DNA of 64,000 nucleotides from Escherichia coli (GTDB lineage Bacteria; Pseudomonadota; Gammaproteobacteria; Enterobacterales; Enterobacteriaceae): NCBI RefSeq assembly GCF_003018235.1, contig NZ_CP027437.1; one strand, 5' to 3'. Shown piece by piece: positions 56,909 to 64,000 of this stretch (position 1 is its first letter; each line of letters starts with the position of its first letter). The notes under the pieces were generated by a model. It saw only the letters and a program-made list of their open reading frames with translations, ran no database searches and was not told where the DNA came from. The position numbers and the translations under genes were made by a program.

Positions 56909-58401
56909 AATGTGTGCTCCTTGATGCGGGCGTGAAAGCCCTGAAGTGCGGCAATGAGATGCTGATAGCGTTGGTATTTTTGTTGGTAAAGCTGATGGGC
57001 GGTCATATCCGGCAGCAGGGTGCGTACCGGGTGCTGTAAATCACGTTGGGCTTCGCTGAAATCGCGATAAACCCCGGTGCCGACGCTGGCGGCAAGCGCC
57101 GCGCCAAAACAGCCGGTTTCTTCCACCTGCGGCAGTTCGATACGCAGCCCGCTGACGTCCGCCAGCATTTGCATCCAGACATCGGAATGCGCCGGGCCGC
57201 CAGTGACGCGCAGGGTGTGCACATCAGTAAAACGTTCGCGCATTCGGTTGAGATGGGTCATATGGCTGAACACCACGCCTTCATAAATGGCCTGCAACAG
57301 GTGTGCGCGGGTGTGAATGGCCTGCATCCCGTAGAAACCGCTGGTCATCTCGAGTCCGGCGTTGCTGCCGTACAGGAACGGCAGGAAAAAGAGAGCGCCC
57401 CCGGCCTTCGGCAAGCTGGCAACGGCCTGGTTAATCTCATCAAACGAGATTTCTCCCCACTGTGCGGTAAACCATTCGAGGTTGCCGGAAGAGGTGGGGC
57501 TGGCTTCGTGAACGATAAATTGACCATCGTTAACGTAGCGACCATAGACATACGGATGCGCTTCACCGTCACGTAAACCACGGGTTATTCCGCTGGTCAC
57601 CGCCCAGGTGCCCATCACCGCATTAAGGGTAAATTCGTCTTCGATCCCGGCACAGAGTGCGGTGGAAACCACATCAAACAGGCCGCCGACAACGGGCATA
57701 CCCGCTTTCAGACCGGTCAGTGCGGCTGTCTGAGCGGTGATTTCCCCGCAGATTTCGGCAGATCCGACAACAGGCGGCAGGGCGTGGTTGATTTCAGCAA
57801 TCCCCAGCCAGTCGGTGAGACACGGGTCATATTTCCCGCGACTCATGTTGTAGAGGTTGGACTCGGAAATATTGCTCTCTTCACAGCCTTTGACGCCGGT
57901 TAAACACCAGCGCAGATAGTCGTGCGTCATCATTACGCAGCCAATTTGCGCGTAGCGTTCCGGTTCGTGCTCTTTCAGCCAGCGTAACAGCGACACCGGA
58001 TGCCCGGTCCACAAGGTTTGTCGGGTCAGCGGGTAGAGTTTTTCCGGGATGCCATCTTCTTGCCAGCGACGAACGATTTCCATCGCCCGGCGATCCGAGG
58101 ACAAAATGGCGTTACCGAGCGGCTTGTCGTTTTTATCCAGCAAAAACAAGCCCTTTCCCTGTGCGGAGATACCGATACCGACAATTTGTTCCCCGCTAAC
58201 ACCAGAATGAGTAAGCAGGGCGCGAATGACAGCCATGCAGCATTGCCACAGTTCTGCCATATCGCGCTCTGCCCAGCCTGGCTGCGGGCTTAATGCGCAC
58301 TGCGGCAGGCGCTGCACGCCTGCCTCCCGGCCTTCGCGGTCATACAGCCCGGCTTTCAGCCAGCTACCGCCACAATCTAACCCCAGCCAGTATTGCGTCA
58401 T
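56905..58401 (-). CDS. lyxK: L-xylulose/3-keto-L-gulonate kinase (FGGY family)
   Basis: 498 aa FGGY carbohydrate kinase (MTQYWLGLDCGGSWLKAGLY); context. Confidence 0.85.
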   Translation of the reverse strand: MTQYWLGLDCGGSWLKAGLYDREGREAGVQRLPQCALSPQPGWAERDMAELWQCCMAVIRALLTHSGVSGEQIVGIGISAQGKGLFLLDKNDKPLGNAILSSDRRAMEIVRRWQEDGIPEKLYPLTRQTLWTGHPVSLLRWLKEHEPERYAQIGCVMMTHDYLRWCLTGVKGCEESNISESNLYNMSRGKYDPCLTDWLGIAEINHALPPVVGSAEICGEITAQTAALTGLKAGMPVVGGLFDVVSTALCAGIEDEFTLNAVMGTWAVTSGITRGLRDGEAHPYVYGRYVNDGQFIVHEASPTSSGNLEWFTAQWGEISFDEINQAVASLPKAGGALFFLPFLYGSNAGLEMTSGFYGMQAIHTRAHLLQAIYEGVVFSHMTHLNRMRERFTDVHTLRVTGGPAHSDVWMQMLADVSGLRIELPQVEETGCFGAALAASVGTGVYRDFSEAQRDLQHPVRTLLPDMTAHQLYQQKYQRYQHLIAALQGFHARIKEHTL

Positions 58402-58404
58402 GGT

Positions 58405-59391
58405 TTATTGCACCTCATCCACGGCTTTCAGCAGATCAGCACCCTGCGGAACATCTTTAACAAACATGTCGCGAACCTGATTCCCCAGTGCGTCGCTAAA
58501 GGCTTTGCGGTCGAGATCGGTGATGACTTCCACGCCCGCTTCTTTCATGCCATCGATGATTTTTTGCTGATCTTCAGCAACCAGTTTGCGCTGGTAGTTA
58601 CCCGCTTCCTGCGCAGATGAGATCAGCGCCTGCTGGAATTCCGGGCTTAAGCCATCAAACTTCGCTTTGTTGATCACCACCAGAAGCGGGGAGTAGGCGT
58701 GGTGCGTCAGAGAAAGGTACTTCTGTACTTCGAAAAATTTTGCTGACCAGACGACGTTGATCGGGTGTTCCTGAGCGTCGATAGTGCGCGTTTCCAGCCC
58801 GGTATAGACTTCGGCAAACGGCATCGGGATCGGGTTAGCGCCAAAGACTTTGAATGCGGCGATATTCATCGGGCTATTGTTGGTGCGAATTTTCAGCCCT
58901 TTCAGGTCGGCGGGGGTTTTAACCGGTGCGCGCGAGTTGGTGACATCGCGCCAGCCGTTTTCCCAGTAGGCCAGTACTTTCAGTCCCTTACCTTCAAGGG
59001 AGACTTTCAGGTCATCACCGACTTTGCCGTCGAGCGTTTTATGCGCGTGAGCGGTATCGCGGAACAGGAAAGGGACGTCGAGCAGGTTGATGACGGGCGA
59101 GAGTCCCGTAAAGTTATTGGAGCCGGACATCTCCATATCAATAGTGCCGCCACGCACGCCGCTGATCATCGCCTGTGCATTACCGAGGGTGCTATCCGGA
59201 AACAATTTTAATTTCAGTTCGCCTTTGGTTTTTTCCTGTAATAATTCATTGAATTTTTTCGCTGCAATATGTTGCGAGTCGGTTTGCGATGTTTCATAAC
59301 CGAAACGTAATGATTGTGCCGCCAGAGAAGATGTGCTGAACGTCGCCACTCCGGCAATTAATAATGCGTAGGTTACAGAGCGTAATTTCAT
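58405..59391 (-). CDS. yiaO: TRAP transporter periplasmic solute-binding protein (2,3-diketo-L-gulonate)
   Basis: 328 aa with signal peptide; DctP family. Confidence 0.85.
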   Translation of the reverse strand: MKLRSVTYALLIAGVATFSTSSLAAQSLRFGYETSQTDSQHIAAKKFNELLQEKTKGELKLKLFPDSTLGNAQAMISGVRGGTIDMEMSGSNNFTGLSPVINLLDVPFLFRDTAHAHKTLDGKVGDDLKVSLEGKGLKVLAYWENGWRDVTNSRAPVKTPADLKGLKIRTNNSPMNIAAFKVFGANPIPMPFAEVYTGLETRTIDAQEHPINVVWSAKFFEVQKYLSLTHHAYSPLLVVINKAKFDGLSPEFQQALISSAQEAGNYQRKLVAEDQQKIIDGMKEAGVEVITDLDRKAFSDALGNQVRDMFVKDVPQGADLLKAVDEVQ

Positions 59392-59403
59392 AATATTTTC
59401 CTT

Positions 59404-60681
59404 TTAGTTAATCCATTTCAGAGGAGCGGTGATGAGTTCCGGAATAAATATAAAAACAACCAATAGTGAATATAAAACCAGTACGTAAGGGAAAACGCCT
59501 CTTACCGCATCATCAAATTTCAGTTTCGCCACACCGGAAATAACATTAAGGACATTGCCGATGGGCGGTGTAATTAAGCCGATTGAGCAGTTAATGATAA
59601 ACATGACACCGAAATAAATCGGATCGATTCCTGCCTCTTTAACTAAAGGCATTAATACCGGGGTAAGAATTAATACCGTCGGCGTTAAATCCATGACCAT
59701 GCCGACAATCAGGATAGCCACCATAATGACGATAAACAGCAGACGCGGTGAATCGACCAGCGGTTGCAGTAAATCAGAAACCATCATCGGTAGTTCAGCA
59801 ATGGTGATCAGCCAGGCGGAAACTTGTGCCGAGGCCACCAGAAACATCACCACTGAGGTCGTTTTCGCTGCGCCAATGAGCACATGCCAAAGTGTGGCGA
59901 AGGTCATTTCACGGTAAATAACTGTGGCGACAAACAGCGCATAGAAAGCAGCAACGGCCCCGGCTTCGGTAGGGGTAAACAGACCGGAGCGAAACCCGCC
60001 AATAATGATGACTGGAAGAAACAGCGCCCAGATACCGGAGACAAAAGAGTGCCAGATTTCCTGCATCGTTGCTTTTTGCTGGCGGGGTAAATTAAGGCGA
60101 CTGGCCTGCCACCACCAGGTAAGCATCAGCGTTGCGCCCATCATCATGCCAGGGGCAATGCCCGCCATAAACAGCTTACTGATGGATAATCCGCTGGAAA
60201 CGCCGAAAATAATAAACGGAATGGAAGGGGGAATAATTGGCGCGATAATCCCGCCAGAGGCAATCAACCCCGCAGCCCGGTTGACCGGGTAGTTAGCGCT
60301 GCGCATCATCGGCACCAGTAACGCGGCAACGGCGGCGGTATCTGCAACAGCAGAACCAGAAAGGCTCGCCATAATCATAGCCGCCAGCACGCCGACGTAG
60401 CCCAGCCCGCCAGGTTTATGCCCCACCAGTTTCATCGGCAGGTCAACAATGCGTTTCGACAAGCCGCCCGCATTCATGATTTCACCCGCCAGCACAAAGA
60501 ACGGTATCGCCAGCAGGGAGAAACTGTCGGCTCCGTTCACCAGCGTTTGTGCCATGATCTGGACATCAAACATCTCCAGCCAGAACATTAACGCTGCGCC
60601 ACATAACAACAGTGCCCAGGCAATAGGCAAACCGATAGCAATACCACCCAACAGACAGCCCAGAAAAATCAGCACAGCCAT
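59404..60681 (-). CDS. yiaN: TRAP transporter large permease (DctM family)
   Basis: 425 aa polytopic membrane protein. Confidence 0.85.
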   Translation of the reverse strand: MAVLIFLGCLLGGIAIGLPIAWALLLCGAALMFWLEMFDVQIMAQTLVNGADSFSLLAIPFFVLAGEIMNAGGLSKRIVDLPMKLVGHKPGGLGYVGVLAAMIMASLSGSAVADTAAVAALLVPMMRSANYPVNRAAGLIASGGIIAPIIPPSIPFIIFGVSSGLSISKLFMAGIAPGMMMGATLMLTWWWQASRLNLPRQQKATMQEIWHSFVSGIWALFLPVIIIGGFRSGLFTPTEAGAVAAFYALFVATVIYREMTFATLWHVLIGAAKTTSVVMFLVASAQVSAWLITIAELPMMVSDLLQPLVDSPRLLFIVIMVAILIVGMVMDLTPTVLILTPVLMPLVKEAGIDPIYFGVMFIINCSIGLITPPIGNVLNVISGVAKLKFDDAVRGVFPYVLVLYSLLVVFIFIPELITAPLKWIN

Positions 60682-60683
60682 GA

Positions 60684-61157
60684 TTAAGCTCCTTGCGGTG
60701 GCGACGTTAGAGAATTGCTACGCGTGATGAGTTGATATAAATGACGCAGTTCAAAGAATGCGATAACGAGGCTGGTGGGCAGACAAGCGGCATACATCAG
60801 GCCGATGGGCAAACCGAGGATCGGTGAATAATCGCTCCAGTCCTGAATTGTTTTTAGCGTTGCGCCCCAGGCCAGTGCGCCACAAATAAATAAGATTAAG
60901 GAATGGGTAACCAGAGCGACTCGTCGCTGCCATGCGGGGGAGAGTTTCTCCACCAGAAAGGTGACCTGAACGTGGGCGTTATCCATAAAAGCCACAATCG
61001 CGCCAATAAATGTTAACCAGACAAATAAATAACGTGACAATTCATCTACAGATAAAATGCTTGTCTGAAAACCATATCTTAAAATAATGTTTATAAACAC
61101 AATACAGGAAAGTACGGCGAGATTAATCGCCAGTATTGCTTCAAGTATTTTTTTCAT
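60684..61157 (-). CDS. yiaM: TRAP transporter small permease (DctQ family)
   Basis: 157 aa, 4 TM helices; immediately upstream of yiaN. Confidence 0.8.
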
Positions 61158-61274
61158 AGCTATTCCTTGAGGCTATGTTTGACATAATTCAAGTTGCATG
61201 TGCAGCAACCTAAATTATTAATATAGTTAGAGCAATAACATTACCCAGGCGTTCTGGCGTAGACGATTATTCGA

Positions 61275-61745
<471 letters not shown>

Positions 61746-61753
61746 TTATCTCC

Positions 61754-62752
61754 TCATAACGCCTGGATTTTGGCCCACACGCTGTCATCAACGGTGATGC
61801 CGTTACGGCGGTTTTCGGCCAGCAGGGTAGTAAATTCGTGGCCGGGTAAGCGGATGGCCTGGTTTTCGTCAGCGCGTTCAGCGGTAGTAACGTAATCCAT
61901 GATGCGTTGCAGCTTTGCATCGCGGGTGGGGCCGTCGATCAATTTATCCACTTCGATGGCGATAAAGATTTGCGAAACGCCGTATTCGTCGCTGTTGTCC
62001 TGGGTGACTTCGGCAACCGATGCGCCGTCGGAAAGGAGAGTGGCGATCATATCCAGCACAATCGACATGCCAGAACCTTTCCAGTAGCCCATCGGCAAAA
62101 TGCGGCGATTCTTCTCGATAACGCCAGGTTCTTTGGTCAAATTGCCCTCATCATCAAAGCCACCATCTACCGGGAGCTGACGACCTGCCAGACGGTTAAC
62201 TTCTAACATGCCGTAAGAGAACATCGACATCGACATATCGACCATGGTGATTGGGGTAGAAGGAATGGCGACGATCAGCGGGTTGGTGCCGATGCGACAC
62301 TCTTTTGCGCCCCACGGCGGCATTACGGCGATGGAGTTGGTCCAGCAAATGCTAATATAGCCTTTTTCCGCCGCCTGCCAGCCGTAGCTGCCGCCGCGCA
62401 TCCAGTGGTTGGCATTACGTAGTGCCACCAGACCAATACCGTGATCGGCAGCCAGTTCAATGGCGCGATCCATCATCTTTTTCGCTGTCAGGTTACCGAT
62501 CGAACGCTGAGCGTCCCACTGTTCAATTGCGCCGAGGCTGGTTATACGTTTGGGTTGGGCATCGGGAATGATATCGCCGTTTTCCAGTTGTTGAATGAAA
62601 CGAGGGAAACGGTTGACGCCGTGAGAATAAACGCCGGATTCGGTGGTGCGGGCGAACATTTCGGCACAGGCATCAGCCGTTTCGCTGTCAACGCCGCGTG
62701 AAATTAAGACTCGATTAAAGGCTGCTTTTAACTGCTCAAATGTCACTTTCAT
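61754..62752 (-). CDS. yiaK: 2,3-diketo-L-gulonate reductase (Ldh2 family)
   Basis: 332 aa; first gene of the operon, divergent from yiaJ. Confidence 0.85.
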   Translation of the reverse strand: MKVTFEQLKAAFNRVLISRGVDSETADACAEMFARTTESGVYSHGVNRFPRFIQQLENGDIIPDAQPKRITSLGAIEQWDAQRSIGNLTAKKMMDRAIELAADHGIGLVALRNANHWMRGGSYGWQAAEKGYISICWTNSIAVMPPWGAKECRIGTNPLIVAIPSTPITMVDMSMSMFSYGMLEVNRLAGRQLPVDGGFDDEGNLTKEPGVIEKNRRILPMGYWKGSGMSIVLDMIATLLSDGASVAEVTQDNSDEYGVSQIFIAIEVDKLIDGPTRDAKLQRIMDYVTTAERADENQAIRLPGHEFTTLLAENRRNGITVDDSVWAKIQAL

Positions 62753-62952
62753 CCCTGGCTTCCTTGTTTTTTTGATCGCTTTTTTGGCTTAAAATTTCAA
62801 TATGCGAAATCTGATTTCAAATATATCGATCGCTTTTTAACAAAGCAATCTGATTGATGAATTTCAAAAAACTTAAAAATCAAGTGGTTATAAATTATCT
62901 GTCGAGATCGTGAACTACGACACACTTTGCGCTACCATCAGGACGCGACAAA

Positions 62953-63801
62953 ATGGGGAAAGAAGTGATGGGAAAAAAAGAGAACGAGATGGCGCAGGAA
63001 AAAGAGCGTCCAGCCGGAAGCCAGAGTCTGTTTCGCGGGTTGATGCTGATTGAGATTTTGAGCAACTATCCAAACGGTTGTCCTTTGGCGCATCTTTCGG
63101 AACTGGCTGGTTTAAATAAGAGTACCGTCCATCGCTTATTGCAGGGATTACAGTCCTGCGGCTATGTGACCACCGCGCCCGCCGCAGGGAGTTACCGCCT
63201 GACTACCAAATTTATTGCCGTCGGGCAGAAGGCGCTGTCTTCGCTGAATATCATTCATATCGCCGCTCCGCATCTTGAGGCACTGAACATCGCCACTGGT
63301 GAAACCATTAACTTCTCCAGCCGCGAAGACGATCACGCTATTTTGATTTATAAGCTGGAACCCACAACCGGGATGCTGCGAACCCGTGCCTATATAGGCC
63401 AGCATATGCCGCTCTACTGTTCCGCAATGGGCAAGATCTACATGGCGTTTGGTCACCCGGACTATGTGAAGTCATACTGGAAAAGCCATCAACATGAGAT
63501 CCAGCCGTTAACCCGCAATACCATTACCGAGCTGCCCGCGATGTTCGACGAACTGGCGCACATTCGTGAAAGCGGAGCGGCGATGGACAGAGAAGAAAAC
63601 GAACTCGGCGTCTCCTGTATTGCTGTTCCGGTGTTTGATATTCATGGGCGGGTGCCGTACGCCGTGTCGATTTCGCTTTCGACATCACGTCTGAAACAGG
63701 TGGGGGAGAAAAATCTCCTGAAACCACTGCGTGAAACCGCGCAGGCTATTTCTAATGAACTGGGATTTACTGTCAGGGACGACCAGGGCGCGATCACATA
63801 A
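62953..63801 (+). CDS. yiaJ: IclR-family transcriptional repressor of the yiaK-sgbE operon
   Basis: 282 aa, N-terminal HTH (LAHLSELAGLNKSTVHRLLQGL) and C-terminal IclR effector domain. Confidence 0.8.
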   Translation: MGKEVMGKKENEMAQEKERPAGSQSLFRGLMLIEILSNYPNGCPLAHLSELAGLNKSTVHRLLQGLQSCGYVTTAPAAGSYRLTTKFIAVGQKALSSLNIIHIAAPHLEALNIATGETINFSSREDDHAILIYKLEPTTGMLRTRAYIGQHMPLYCSAMGKIYMAFGHPDYVKSYWKSHQHEIQPLTRNTITELPAMFDELAHIRESGAAMDREENELGVSCIAVPVFDIHGRVPYAVSISLSTSRLKQVGEKNLLKPLRETAQAISNELGFTVRDDQGAIT

Positions 63802-63902
63802 CCCTTTGGACAAGTGCCAAAACTTTAACATTTCCTTCGTTGGATCAAAGCAGTAGAGACGCGCTCTCTGGCACTCTGCTGTTTTAGTGCAAAGGAGTGA
63901 TC

Positions 63903-64000
63903 ATGAACCGGTTTATTATTGCGGATGCGACGAAATGTATCGGTTGCCGTACCTGTGAAGTGGCTTGCGCAGTGTCGCATCAGGAGAATCAGGATTGCGC
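63903..64000 (+). CDS. ysaA: 4Fe-4S ferredoxin-type protein, 3'-truncated at window edge
   Basis: Starts MNRFIIADATKCIGCRTCEVACAVSHQ (CxxCxxC motif); position after yiaJ. Confidence 0.6.
   Translation, partial: MNRFIIADATKCIGCRTCEVACAVSHQENQDC

Overview
This window is an Escherichia coli-type chromosomal segment, read in the reverse of K-12 gene numbering: LPS core (waa) locus -> htrL-kbl-tdh -> waaH-yibQ-envC-gpmM-yibN-grxC-secB-gpsA-cysE-trmL -> lldDRP -> mtlADR -> yibI-yibH-yibF -> selAB -> yiaY-aldB -> sgb/yia L-ascorbate-like operon -> yiaJ -> ysaA start. All calls rest on reading the supplied ORF translations against remembered protein families and K-12 gene order; no database search was run. 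Three regions differ from the K-12 arrangement as I recall it. (1) The waa outer-core block has GT8 / WaaY kinase / GT8 / a 380-aa glycosyltransferase instead of waaS-waaB-...-waaZ-waaK, so a non-K-12 core type (possibly R3-like). (2) Between lldP and yibL sits a 1724-aa trimeric autotransporter adhesin (UpaG/EhaG/SadA family) with internal 234-bp tandem repeats, preceded by a SadB-like lipoprotein gene that is split by a frameshift in a T5-G-A5 homopolymer tract. (3) Between aldB and sgbE, where K-12 has yiaT-yiaW, there is a different block: an AraC regulator, a GPH-family sugar symporter, a GH127 glycosidase, a HicA/HicB toxin-antitoxin pair, and an AT-rich 359-aa gene with an N-terminal HsdR_N-like PD-(D/E)xK nuclease motif. 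That last gene, sitting divergently beside hicAB, is my best candidate for an uncharacterised single-gene phage-defence or abortive-infection determinant. No rRNA, tRNA, CRISPR array, IS element or integrase was recognised.
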